Shown here in pieces: positions 11,319-24,636 of a stretch of 64,000 nucleotides of DNA. Positions within the stretch are counted from its first letter, which is position 1; each line of letters begins with the position of its first letter. The notes beneath the pieces were generated by a model that saw only the letters and a program-made list of their open reading frames with translations, was not told the origin of the DNA and searched no databases. A program made the position numbers and the translations under genes. The stretch spans positions 824,584 to 888,583 of the forward strand of contig MU058451.1 of NCBI GenBank assembly GCA_013265495.1, read 5' to 3'. Origin of the DNA: Vicugna vicugna. Its lineage: Eukaryota.

Positions 11319-13809
11319 AAAAGAATATTGACTGAGTGAAGGTACAGAGTACTATAATTTGAGCTGAATAAGCTGTTTTCTTCTCTAATACAACAGTGCT
11401 TAAAATTCCAATGAATGGATGAATTTAGATTTTGGCAAGTTGGAAACTGCTACTGTGCTGGGAATTATTAGAGCCATACCTAACCAGTATGTATCAGTAC
11501 ATGCTCATTACAACGCAGTGTAAGTAATCGTTCAGCACAATCCATCGTTACCTCTAGAAGGATGCATACTTTAGTAACGTGCATAACATAAAATATGTAT
11601 CCAATGTGCTGTGCATTCACATGTGTAAAAACATATATGGACTCTATTATCTAGGTCTTGTCAGTATTTTACCTTCCAAGAAGTAAAAATTCTTCAGGAA
11701 ACTGCATTTCGGTCACTCATTTTTGTTAAACAAAAGAATGTTTGCTTTTAGATATTACATTTTTGTCTATCATCTGGCACAGAGCTGGATTTTTTCCAGT
11801 CTGACTTGGCTCCAGCAGATGATCTGAGCTGCACGTCACAACTTCTTTTCTCCCCTCGTCCAGAGGCATCCCGTGGCTCCGTGTTCAGGGGGAGGAGTCC
11901 AGAGGGCAAGAGGAGGTGGCTCTGGCCGGTGGTTTTTCCTGTTGCCAGCTAATCCCAGATTATTTGTGGATCCAAAAGAGAGCAATTGGTGAAATGGAAT
12001 CCTTCCAATTCCCGAGGCTGGTGCCATTCATCACTTCCTAAAACCATTTAATACTTAGCACCCAGAAAATTGTCCATTAAATTATGACAGAAAAGTAATT
12101 CCATACCCTCTCTTTCCAGCCACGTTAGCCCTGGATTTAGTCATTGGCACAGCCCAACATAAAATCAGAGTCTGAGCACATGAGAAAAGAGCAGCACTCC
12201 TGTGAAGAGGACAGATGCGCCTTGTCTCTAAGTGGACAATTGTAAAGATGCTAAGGAAGGCTCTATGGAAATGTAAAGCCACAACAGTGGTATCAGCTAG
12301 TTTTCCCACCTCCATTTAATGCTGGTCCAAAATTATATGAGAATGAAAGGATTTAACATCAGACTGCCTGCGGACACAAGCTCTTCTTTGAGAACCAGTG
12401 ATTCCTGACTCTCCCTGAGATTCAAGTTTCATTTCTGATCCCTGGAGTAAGGAGAGAGTCTTATCCTTTCCAAAGTTCTTGGCTCACTTTGTGTGTCAAT
12501 GCCAAGTCTGTTTCCGGTAGGCTGTTAGGTCCACCATTCTAATGTGCTTATGTTTACTTTTGTACCTTGGATTGAAGGGAAATTTTGGATAGATTTCTGA
12601 AAGTTATCTGGTCTTCTGAGAACAGGCCCACATCAGTGGAGGAAAAAACTCTTTGCCTTTGATTTTTCACACTAAAGGAAAGCTAGTAAGTCTGAAAAGA
12701 TCATTTCCTCCACCCAACGCCTTATAGAGCAAGAGGAAGCCAGCTGACTTGATTTAGTAATTGCCAATTGGTGAATACATCACAGATGGGTGAAAACGAC
12801 AGAGATGTCTAGGGCAGCATTAAAAATAATAAGTTTGTGTTTCTCTATAAGGCTTTCCTATCATGTGTACTACTAGGGAGTGTAGGGCATGTGTGTGGGG
12901 TGGGGGAATAAGAAAAACTTATCCTAGATTATAAATTCAAGATTTTCGAAAAACAGTGAGTAGGAGAAAGATAGGAATTGGGATTTACTTGGATTTTGCA
13001 ACCCTCATCCTTAGGTCTACTGCTGGGTATTCTGCCATCCTGGCTACATCATTTTATTCAAGTACAAATCTCAGGGTTAGCTAAGAACGCTGCTTGTCCA
13101 ATAGAATCAAGGGAGAGGCCCAAGATGCTATGCCAGCTCACGGACGTTAAAACAAGTTTGCATATAAAATAAGAAACCATAACTAATTAACACCAGGCAG
13201 GTGGTCCTGATGGAAATTTAACATCCAAACCGGGTCAGCAGGGAATACAGACTTGGCAGATGAAACTGTAACTGAAATGAATCCCCCAAGACCCGCCAAG
13301 TGAGCCTTGAGCCAACAGCCCTTCGCAAGAGCTTCCTGTGCCAGTCATTTCTGGGAAAACGGAGCCAAGGTTAAATGGCTGGAGATCTTAAAATGAGTAT
13401 GATTGCATAAAGATCTCAGGGCCTCCAGCCCCCCAGCCTCACAAAGAGTTTTCTTAGATGCCAGCATGATTTTGTGAGAGCAGGAGGGGGCCCAGCATGG
13501 AGGCTGCTCTCTGTGTGTTTATTTATTAAAAGCAGGGAGGACAGTGCAGGGAGGGGCAGGAGGATCTTCTCAACAAAGGCCAGGGCGTGAGGTTTTGCTG
13601 GAAAGAGCCGGAGTGGAGGGGAGGAGACATTTAGACCCCCATGGAGGGCCAGAGCAAAGTCAGATACCAATGAGGACTGAACCGTCTGAGTAACAGCCGG
13701 AATAGCTGAAGTGCTGGGAGTGAAAAACTAAGTTTTACTGTTTCATGGTTGGCAAGAGAAAGAGGGCTGAGAGAAGGTGAGATGAAATAGAGCAATAGAG
13801 AGAAGGGGG

Positions 13810-14060
13810 CTGTCCGAGGTGTGATTTCTGTCACAACGCCACGAGGAGATGACTCAGCACCGTATCCCCGCCGGGCTTGCCTTGCCTCCCCGGAGGGGCG
13901 CGTAAAGTGGTGGGATGTCCATCCCAGCGGGCTCTTAGACGTGATCCCCTTCCCGGCTCTGGCTTTACAGCTGAAGAAGCCGTGGCCTGCAGGGGAAGTG
14001 TCTCCCCAAGGCCACAGTGAATTCTTTAGCAGAGCCGTCTGGAAACCTGATGCTTGAGTC
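13810..14060. promoter_or_regulatory. CpG-retaining candidate enhancer with consensus ARE (NRF2/MAF/AP-1)
   Basis: ATGACTCAGCA at 13849-13859 within a local CpG cluster in non-repetitive DNA. Confidence 0.4.
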
Positions 14061-14169
14061 TTTCCATTTGTCACCCTTCCTGTTCAAGACCCGCTAATGC
14101 TTTCATGGCTGCTTGTTCATTCGCTTTATTTGTGTTTAATTTCTTCTTCTTTTTTTCTTTTTTTTTTAG

Positions 14170-14800
14170 CTCTGTTAGGATTTTATTTTTTATCCGAATG
14201 TCTGATTCATTTGGAACTTTTTATTAGTATTATTTTGCTACTAGGGATATAACTGACTTTTAAAATTAATCACCAAGTTTCCCAGTAATATTTACTAGTT
14301 ACTGCATTATTTCTCCAGTTACTTGAAGGGTTACTTTTCTCATAGAGATTTTTGTTGCTTTCTATTCTCTCCCATTTATCCTATGACATTATCATGTTGT
14401 TCTGATTATTGTAATTTTATAAACAGTTTAGCAGTGTCTCTGCATTGCTCCTCATTTAAAGAAAATTGTCTATCCCCATTTCTTTGTTTTCAGATAATCT
14501 TCAGAATCATCCTTTTTGAAAAAGAAACATCTTTTTCATGTTACAAGATAATACTGTGTGAACTGTATTGGAAATACCTTGAACTTACTTATTGAGGGAA
14601 GAATAACATAAAATAATGAATTACATTTATAAAATAATATTTTTTCTTCTAGGATTAAATTTATTTCACTTTTGTTCCTTACTTTAATATATCTTGATAA
14701 AGTTCTGTAGTTTTATTTTTTACACAGACCCTGAATGATTCTTTTTTAGTTATCCATCCCTAGCTATTTTGTATGTCTTTTGTTTGAGTACATCTCTTTT
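14170..14800 (-). mobile_element. Highly decayed L1 (L1ME-like)
   Basis: T-rich tract with old L1 ORF2 antisense motifs (tctgattcatttggaac, gtttcccagtaatatttact, ctttgttttcagataatcttcagaatc). Confidence 0.45.
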
Positions 14801-16369
14801 ATTTTAAATGCTATTTGGTTTTTCGAAATGTCCAAAACAGTCATTGAGGCTTTTGTTGTAGTGAGTTTAATTGCAAAGACAAACTGAGGTTCTGAAGAAA
14901 ACTGGAATTTGTGTAGCAATCAAAACAATGGGTGGATAATTCCACAGGCACCAATACTAATTTGAAATTGATGGGTTTGAAGGGGTCAGCACTGTTCCAA
15001 ACTGAGCATAGGCTGAATGGAAGCCCATGCTCAGTTCAGAGCATCTCCTACTGGTTCTGCTTCTCTGGTTGAACTGTGACTGATACAGAGGGAGAGGAAC
15101 CCATCCACTGACAGACAAGCCAGTACATGGCATTGCTGGCAGGAGCGTTGATGGGACCGGCAGGCCGCACCCTTGGTTCTATCAGGCCGCTTAGACGCCT
15201 TCCCCCTCAGCTGCCGTTCTCCTTCCTAACTCGGCCCTCCTGGATTCTGCTTCATGTCCTTCTTGACGTTTACTGTCTGTTGAGCTGTGGCACAGAGAAG
15301 AAGTTTATTGTTTATCGTGTGTTTGTATTAACTACAGACATCTTCCCAAACAGCTTAGGAGTTAGCTTGTGCATTTTAACCCATGACTAGTCAATGATTA
15401 CTTTATTAATTTTTGTGAAAATTTATGGTATCATGGTAGAGAATGTGAGATTTTCAGAATCTTACTTAGCTTGAAATTAAAGTTACTAGTGTGTCTGGAA
15501 TTCAGTTGTTTTCCCATCAATTTCACTGTAAATAGCCGTACATGCTTTTCTACCCCACGTGTTGAGACTTTCATTGGATATAGTTCCTTGAGGAGTTATT
15601 CCTTAAATTTACGAGACTGAAAGTGACTCTGAATTTTAAAAAGGGGGAAAATGAGGGATCTCCTGTCCTCAAAAGGCTTTCTAGAAAATTGTTGGGGAAG
15701 AGGCTTTTCATTGAAAGCTGGGAGGCTGCGTACTTCAATGGTTAAGGAATTGCTTCTCAACTTCTCAGATGCAGTGTCCTGTCTATATGAGAAAGGCACA
15801 ATTTTTTATATCACATTTGCCATGTTGAAATGAGATTCATTGATAATATAACCAACCACACGCACATTAAAAAACAATAGCAATATCACGCTCTAATTAG
15901 AATGTAGCTGAAACTGCAGGAAAGCAACTTACAATAAAATCACACTGATTTCTGAATGCGTTTGGGCATGGCTATGTGAAAAGTTAATGAAGGAGTCCGA
16001 TGTTTGGCACTGCTACAAATGTGGACTGGAAAGACAAGTTACACCTGTGGCTTGGTTGTCATGGGGAGTGACACAATAATGATGTGGTTTTCTGATACAG
16101 TGGACAATTCTTGGTGAACTTCAGAACAAAATTAATTACAGTTTCCCCTTGATTTGCATGGCAGTTTCATTTCAAGAAACATAAGGAGATCTTAAGACAA
16201 TGCAGGAGTACTTTCTTTTCACTGTAAAACTGGGTTAGGTTCCAGGCTCAGAAAATTAAAATAGATTTTTGTAAGCTCCAGAGAGCAGAGAATTTCATTC
16301 ACCCCGAACCCCTGAAAGAGTGGCGAGCACATGGCACACATTTAGCTAATATTTGCATGAATGTCTGAG

Positions 16370-16588
16370 TTTTTCATCTCCATGAAGTTAGGTGGGATAT
16401 TTGAGAATCATGCAGGATGAGGGACAGTTATCTGAGGTGCAGGACTGCCCCTCACACTGCGGGATGGCTGGCATTCATTGCCCTTGCTCACTAAAGCCAG
16501 TAGGGCTTCTGGTTATTGTGAGAACCCAAAAAGCCACCACCACAAATTTCCAAATTGCCCCTTTGGGTGGTACTGTTGAGAACCACAG
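16370..16588. mobile_element. MER20-like hAT-Charlie MITE
   Basis: ggactgcccctcacactgc...ttgtgagaacccaaaaa...ccaaattgcccctttggg...gttgagaaccac terminus. Confidence 0.7.
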
Positions 16589-17809
16589 AATTAAGTAATG
16601 ATGTGGGTATGGCGTCTATCCATCAGATGCCAAGGGAAACCCGCTTGACAGAAGTGATGTCTTAGCCAGGGCGATGGGGCAGCCCTGTTACAGGGATTGT
16701 CTGCTTTGACGTGTGTGCACAGCAGTGTGGGTGTAGCACTGAGGGAAATGGAGAGCCAGTCAAAACTTTGAAAAGGGGTGTGTGACTTGGGTCACAGCCA
16801 TTGCCAGCTCACAAGGACCTTTGTATGAGTTATAGAGAGGTCCCCTCTCTGGGCAGACCAGTTAGAATAAGGGCTTCCACGGATGAGAGCACTTGGAAGT
16901 CATGTATCCTGGCAAGCAGAGCGCTGCTTGGATGTCAGGTGCCTCTCCTGACCTCTTGACCCAAGTGTCCTTTTTATAGGACTCAACTTGCACACACCTT
17001 TGCTGGGTTTCCACATGAGACCCAAATCAAGTGTTAAGAGCAAAAGATAAAGTAGTCATGGTGTTGAGAAGAGGACCAAAAGGATCGAGAAATGAACAAA
17101 AGAGCACAGGTGGAAAGAGGTTAAGTTTAAGGAAATCTCCCATCAAGTTTAGGGAGCCATCCCCCCATACTTTATGTAGTAAAGGTGGGTTTTCCTACTG
17201 GCTTCTTCTACTTGGAGTTCTTCATGGAAGCTGTAACATCAATAATTAGTGTACTTTGGGGTGATGGAGTCTTGGGTGTTTATCAGAATTCTGCTAGCTA
17301 AATACACCCTTAATTGACATGCACAGGGAAAGCTATTTACGGTTTTTGATGGTAATATATATTTTTGGGGGAAAAAATATTCTTCTTGACCAGGACATCA
17401 AACTCCAAGAACCAAAGGGCCTTCCTGGTGAGAATGAAACCAGAGAAGATCTTGAGGGACATTTCCTTAAAGCCACCATAGAGCCCATCGGCTTGCCCTG
17501 CCTTATGCCAAATGTGTGCTGCTTTTTACCACTGACTGCTTACGCCCTCAGGATTCTCCTCCAGCCTGATGGGGCAAACAGAGAGAAAGGTGGATGGATC
17601 CCTGTTCTTTGCCTCTGGCTTGTTGAGGCTCCGCGTGGATCAGCTCCTTTGTTTGAACTCTTCATTTCATGGTCAGTTTGTTTCATTTTCTCATGACTTT
17701 GTTAGAGAGGAGACTTCTCATTTCACAGGTGGCCCACAAGGAGACCCCCTGGAACCACCAAGAGGCTTTCTCCCAAACCTCTGTAGGCTGGGTGTACATC
17801 AGCAAGAAT

Positions 17810-18170
17810 AGGCTAAGTCCCCATTCTTACCGATGTACTGTGTGAAAAAAAAATGTTGAAAATCTCAGTAGCTTAACAGAACAAAGCTTGTTTCTTCACC
17901 CCACGTCCCCTGCAGATCCAGGCCAGTTCTCTAGGGAAGTGGTGGTCTAGAATTCTCGGCTACTTCTCTGTCTTCCAGCAGCTCCCTCTCCATATGTTCT
18001 TTGATCATCATGGCGTGGGAAAGAGTTATAGAGTGTTTTGACCCAGCAATTTAATGCTTTGGTCCAGAAATGTGATACATCACTTCTGCTTACAACTCAT
18101 TGGTTAGATTTGGGAGAATTGCCCTGTTGTGCCCAGGAGAAAAGAACTCAGTACGAGTGAACACTAGGGG
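17810..18170 (-). mobile_element. Old MLT1-type MaLR LTR
   Basis: aaaatctcagtagcttaacagaacaaagcttgtttctt...ccagaaatgtgatacatcacttctgcttacaactcattgg. Confidence 0.7.
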
Positions 18171-18193
18171 TGAAGTCATACCCACCATGGAGG

Positions 18194-18335
18194 TTTCTTA
18201 GTTTGCTAGGGCTGCCGAACAAAATGCCATAGACCAGGAGACTTAAACAACAGACATACATTTTTTCCACACTTCTTGAGGCTAGAAGTCCAAGATCAAG
18301 GTGTCATCAGGTTTGTTTTCTTGTGAGGCCTCGCC
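18194..18335 (-). mobile_element. MLT1A/C-type MaLR LTR fragment
   Basis: ttagtttgctagggctgccgaacaaaatgccataga...ttaaacaacaga...gaggctagaagtccaagatcaaggtgtc. Confidence 0.8.
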
Positions 18336-19739
18336 ATCTTTTCCCTAAGTTGCAGGGCACAGCTTTGGGATTCCTTCGTGGTGGTGTTTGATGGTGGCTG
18401 GTAGGACCAGGCTATGCAAAAGGAGGTCCTGGACTTAGGCTCTCGCCTTGTGCTTCAAGACTATGGGTGGGTTTTTGGCAAAAACTGAAGACTGAGGAAT
18501 ATTGTCTCTCCTGTCTTCCCACTTCTCCCATCAGCAGCCTTTTCCAATTTTCTTGTGCTTCTCTCTTGTAGTGTTTAAAAAAAAGTGGGCTCATTCTTGT
18601 CCTTCTCTCCCACAAGGAGGTGTGTTTTTTCCCTCGTGGTTCCCCTCACCATGGACTACTGTGAGTCTCCTATCTGTGTCCCTTAGGTATATCTGATTAA
18701 TACAAAAAAGAGTAAATGTTTCTCCATCCCCTAAGAACCAATTTTTGCCCCCTTATTGACCCTGTTGAAAAGCTATGTTCTAGGGCCAACTGGCTAAAAA
18801 GCAGCTCGTCCAGGAGGTGGTCTACATTAGTGAATGGAATGGCCAGCCCGATGCTGTCTTCTGCCGGCTTGTGATGCCAATCAAGCCTTCCATTGCGGCC
18901 CTCCACTGGTGCACAGGTCACCCTCCAGTAGAAGGCCCACCACTCACAGATTTAGTGAAATGGAGCGGGGATTCATCATGGTCCCGGCCATGGCAACCTC
19001 AGGAAGGGTTCACAGAATTCCTTCTTCTGAAATTGATTAGCTTCATGCCCCAGAGTTACGGGCGCCTCTGGCCCTTCAGGAATGGGCGGTTTATGTGAGA
19101 GCAGTGCTAATGAACGGCTGCAGCCTCTCTGGGCTGCATTAATGTGGTCCCTTTTTTTTTTTCTCTCGCGGTTTCCATCAGGAAGAGCTCTCATTATGTT
19201 TAACCAGCTTAAGCAGCAATTTCAATATTAACTCCTCAACATCAAATGGCCCCGTAGCCCCAACTGTGGATAGTTGATGCCTAAAGCAATGTGGGATTCT
19301 AAAAACATGGTCATCAAATTGCTTATGTTTGTTTCCTAATCCAGCAGGAGTAAGGCTGCTTTCCTTTATTCCTGTGTCTTGGCTTGGACCTACTTCACAC
19401 ACCATGACCTCTTCAGAAAGCTTGCTGTCCAGGGTCTTCACAAGGTCCTTCACCTGTGCCTGCCAGCTCCACTCCTGTGGGTCGTCTTACCCACAGCCTT
19501 CCTAGTGTGCTTGGAACTATCTTTGCAAACACTGAAGTACAGGCTTGTGAAGATGGATGTTACTCTCTCATCAGTACTCTGCTTCCACCCCTCCGATGGC
19601 ATCCGGATCTCCTAAAGGAAGCATCCCAGTTAGGGTGACTGGGGATCAGGGACAGGGACCTTTTCTGAGGTCTGACTGGACCGGTATCCTTACTGCGGGG
19701 AAACAGCACAGCACTGAGACTCTCGCTGTTTGCCAGGAT

Positions 19740-19952
19740 GTGTAGAATGTTGTGGGCTCTGGTTCAAATCCCACTTTCCGTAAGGCCTGAGAAATGATTT
19801 TCCTCTGCCTCGGTTTCCTCATCTGAAAATGGGGACAGAGTAGAAGCCCCTTCACATCAGTTGTTGTGAGGATTCAATGAGTTAACACACACGAAGCTGT
19901 TCAAACTCCCATCTGGTATCTATTATGTGCTGATGAATGCTGGCTGCTATTC
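19740..19952 (+). mobile_element. MIR SINE
   Basis: ggttcaaatccc...ctctgcctcggtttcctcatctgaaaatgggga...gttgttgtgaggattcaatgagttaa. Confidence 0.85.
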
Positions 19953-20244
19953 CTACCACCGACCCCTGCTGCTGTTCAGCACAGTGAGTGCTCCTTCATC
20001 CATGTACGTGGGATGGGAGGTGTGTTTTGAGCATGTTTCTCTCCTTTACCTGCGGCTGTGGCATTATGGACCCTGGACTCTACTCATCTAAGGAGACAGA
20101 ACAATAACTGAAGCATACATGTATTTGCCTCATTAAGTTCTTGCTGCAGTTTCATTAAGAGAGCTTTCATATCAGTTGCAGCCTAATAGGTTTTGAAATT
20201 AGATTGGAAGCTCTGTCAGGGTCTATCATTCACTTATCAAAGAT

Positions 20245-20930
20245 TACTGTGTTCCACTAATCACAGTGGAGATAGAAGACCAAGTAAGATAGTCCCCCTT
20301 CAAGGAGCTTATGGTCAGAAGACAGAATAATCTGTGGATGCAAACCATTTTAATAATAATAATAACAGACATTTGTGCCTTGGTAGGCTGTGCTGAGTAT
20401 TTTTCCATTTGTTTCATAAGTGAATTCTGAAAACAGTCCCACAGTGCGGGGAGGCAGAGGTCCTGGGGTTTAAATAGTAAGTGAAAAAGTGAAGAGTTAA
20501 GCCTTGGTCCTTCTGACTTCCGAGCTTGTGGTGTGCCCATTCATGACACAGCCCACGCGAGAGCATCACGAGGCTGCCTGGGGGTTCAGAGGAAGGAGAA
20601 GTCACTTCCAGCCGGTACAGGTGTGCTGACAAGGAAGGCTTGGTGGAAAAGGTAGCTTTTTAACATGTCATGCCTGAGACTGGGTGGATGGAATTTACAA
20701 GGGAAAGAAGCATCCTGAGAGGTAGGACCCAAATAGAAGTCCCAGACACAGAATGAAGCTGGGCATTTCCAGGGAACCGTATGTAATTTGTTTTGACCAA
20801 AACACAGAGTGTGGGCAGAGGAGCTCCAACTGGAGACATCCGTTAAGTCCGGGCTCTCTAAGGCCTTGAATGCCAGCTAAAGAGTTTGCTTTTTTTAATC
20901 CCCTCAATACAGCAGTCTGGGAGGATAGAG
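20245..20930 (-). mobile_element. L2 remnant interrupted by a MIR (~20350-20530)
   Basis: agatagtcccccttcaaggagcttatggtc and aggccttgaatgccagctaaagagtttg are L2 antisense motifs; taataataataac...ccttggtccttctgacttcc is MIR-like. Confidence 0.55.
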
Positions 20931-23900
20931 AGATGCCTAGCTTTCAAACTGGATAGACCTGCATGTGACTAGGAAGGTGACCTCTCCCTAGCCACTTTGG
21001 CAGGATTGCTCACACTGACTTTCAGTTTTCTCACTGATGACTTCAGTGAGGACTTGTTCATGCTGGTTTATGGAATGGATGGATGCAGGGGCCACCTCCT
21101 ACCTTCTGTTACCACTGGGAGAATGACAAGAACCAAGGTAAATGGCAGCTACAATTGTTCTGTCATGTAGAGACGAGTCCTTGAGGCTGTCAAACAGGTG
21201 GGCAGCCTGAGTAGAGTCTGGCTTTTGGAAGATTTCTCTAGCATGTGTGTCTGTGAGGAAGAGGAAAGACTACAAGTGGGGAGCTCAGTAGAAAGCCACT
21301 GAGTAATAGAATGGAGGGAGAATGAGAACCTGAAGGAAGGTTCTGAGGCCTCTGATGGGGTGGGGGCTGAGTCAGCGCTGTTGGATGCCCATTAGTGTCA
21401 TGAGGTATCAGGGTACCCCAAATATTTTCTCAGTCCTTTTTAACCCATTGGATGTTTACAGGAAAGTAGGGGAAAGTTTCAAGGCAGAATCTAGTTCTAG
21501 GTGATTTTCACTCTCAGGCATCAATTTACTTTGTAAAAGCATCTTCACTGTCTGTGTCGTGGCACAGTGACTGCCTTTCTCTTTAAGCCTGGGGCTGCCC
21601 TCTCACCACTTCAGCTGTGTTTGTTCATGACTCAGTCACCCACGGTCACACGAACCTCTTTTGGTGAAAGCAAGGAGGAGGTTTGTGGGACAGGCTCCGT
21701 GTGCCCACAAGACAGTGGGGGACAACCTTGCCAGTGAGAGGTCAAGCCCTGTTTCATGATGAGGCGTGAAATATCAACAGCTGGGAGTTTTGTTCCTAAG
21801 CCAACTAGGAAGAAGGTGAGGCATGTGAAGTCACTTCCCCCCCGCCCTCCTCCTTCTTCTTCTTTTTTTTTTTAAAGATAACTGGGAATGTAGAAAAGCA
21901 GCAGGCTGGACAAATGAGGGGAGAAGAATAAACATATCCTGGTAGACCAGGGTCCGGACTTGCCCGCTGGGGCGCTGTTCCAGCACCACTGGGCGTCCTC
22001 TAGCTGAAACCACTGGCGCATTACCCCAGACTCTGGAATCTGCAAAGGGAGCTAGAAGATTCCTGGAGTCTATAGCTGTGTGTTCAGTACCCCAAGCCTC
22101 TTGCTAGGTCTCCTTCTGACTGTCGTTTTTATCTGTCGGTTGACTGTAGCATCATCCACACTGGCTGCCATAATCGACACTGACACAGAGTAGGGGGTTT
22201 AGTAAAAGTTTTTAGAGGAAAAAGTCCCAGTGCTTGGACTCTTGTCTTGTTTCTCATGGCCAATTCCCGTCTTCGGACTCTGGGCCAGCGTCGCGTTCTC
22301 TGGCTTCTCACCCTGGCTTTGCTTGGGACCATTCTCTGAGTCCCTGCATTCACCTCTTCCTCTGGGACTCAAATCCTGCCATCCCACTGGTCTCCCTAGG
22401 GCTTGAAGTTCTGCCCCTGAAACACCTGTCCTCTGGCTGTTATGGGTTGATTGACACCAGCTCTCCTCTCTCTGCCTGCTCTCCACACCCCTCCACACTC
22501 TGCCACCCGCCATGTCTAAGCCCATTCCTCTTCTCCACCACTGGGACCCTCTTCTTAGCTGCCCTAAGGTTGGGAGGGGCGCTGATTTGGCAGTTACTTA
22601 AAAATCTGTGGAAGGCAGCTGGACCTGGGGAAATGGGTGACCAACAATTCAAGATCTTTTGATGAAAGAGATTTATCTGTGACTTCCAAATGAGAGAAGA
22701 TTCAAAATCCTTACAACACAGCCTTTTCAGAATGTGTGCTGTGGGTCCCTAGCAGTGAGTGTATCGTGGTAATCCCTAATCTAGCGTCAATAAACTTAAA
22801 AGGGGCCTAACCAGGATTAGTACTGAGAGAGAGAATTCAAGAAGGTTCCTTTCCTTCTTTCCTCATTTCTCACCCTACCCATCCCCCAGCAAGGCAATAT
22901 CTGAGGATACTTTTCGATCTCTTGAAATAAATAAAAGCCCTCGAAGGAAGCCCCGAAGTTTGACTTTTTCTCCTTTGTACCATTTCTAAATCTGACAAAG
23001 GATAAAGCATCCAGGACTTCTCACTGAGCCCCAGGATGCAGAGGAAGCTGGTTAACATAGCCCTTAGGGTTGGTAGGAGGCTCTGGAGCGCTAACCCAGC
23101 CTGGCAGGAGCTAGACTGAGTTTCATGCTTTGACTCGGCAATTGCACCCCTAATTGGGCACACGGTTGCACTTTCATGGCATTTAAACACTTTAAAGACC
23201 CCGTACTCCAGACAGAAGGCTACTGTGTGTTTTCCTGAGGGTGTAAGCAGTAAAGAATGCCGGGGCTCTTGAAGCATAATTAGGCATTTAATTGCACATG
23301 TAGACTTCGCCGATGGTTTTGCACACGCATGTGATTATGATTCACTTGAAAGTCCTCCACTGATGATAGTCTGTATTCCATTTCTCTACAAAGAACATTA
23401 GGGAGGAAAATATTTGAAACATTTAATTCTTAAGTCCCATTTCTTCAGTTTCTTTTTAGTTCTAACTTCCCTTCAAGTTTCTAGAGAGTTAAAACAACCA
23501 CCACCACAGGGAATTCCACATCTGACTCTTATAAAGCACATAAAACAGAACGTACATAACTGTGGGTAGTTTGCAATTAGAGCGTAAGTATAGTACAAAT
23601 GTGGTGTCTCTCATCTACCAAGAGTCTCCCTTTTCCTCTCTGTCCATGTTTTCGGATTGAGCAGCCAAGGCACTGGAATCCAATCTTTTACCTGAGTCAC
23701 TGAGTAGCAGAGACAGGTTGGGAATGTGAGTTGCCCTTGGCGTCATGTTCTTTCCTGTCACCGAGCCCAGAGACCAGTGTAATATGTTTAACTTTTTTCT
23801 CCTATTGCACACATATGACAGTCAACAATGGGTGCCTTTTGAGACTTGGGTTATACAGAAATATTAGACTTGGATTTTTGGGGCCAACTTCATTTGTATT

Positions 23901-24467
23901 CTCATCTCCATGGTCACAGCACCAAAAAATTTCCAAGAATGATTTTAGAAATGAACCCATCTATTGTCTTCATCCTTTGAAAACCTTATTTTGAGTACTT
24001 TGTTGAGATTAGTGTGTTGGAATTTTTGCTTTTAGTCCAAGTGTGTGTTCCGTCCTTTTAAATGTATGTATTCCATTTACCAAAAGCCACTTGTTTGCTC
24101 CGCTACAACGTACACCACTGGCTGCTGCCTCTTCCGGGTTTTCATAACTTGGCCACCCTCAGAGCATTCTGGAAAGAGTGATCTTTAACCTCATTTTAGT
24201 TTAATGTGACTTTGGCTTTTTGTAGTAGTCAAGAATGTGTCACCCAGAGTAGACATCAACGGCATATAAAATCTTGACGAGTGAGTAGAGAATGCCTGAC
24301 CCCTCTCCATGAATCTAGGGCTGTTTAGCCCTTCCTGCGTGTTCATCAGAGGTGGATTTGTACATGTAGATGACACATGGTTAATGCTAATATTAAATGT
24401 GGGTTTCTAATCTCTTCTCACTACAAAATAAGTGAAAACCCAGCCAGAGACAGCTGGGCTCGTCAGG

Positions 24468-24636
24468 AAGTTCTTAACAGGAAGTGTGTATGAGAATCAC
24501 CAGTGTGGGATGGGGAGCTTCTTCAAAATACGGAGGCCCAGGCCCTCTGCATCAGAAATTCCAGGGTGGGGCCCAAGCCTATATATTTTCAAAGTGTTCC
24601 TTAGTGATTCTGATCCTTTTTCTGTGGGGAACCATA
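24468..24636. mobile_element. MER5A hAT-Charlie MITE
   Basis: agaatcacc...aaaatacggaggcccaggccc...atcagaaattccagggtggggcccaag...gtgattctgat...gggaacca. Confidence 0.8.
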
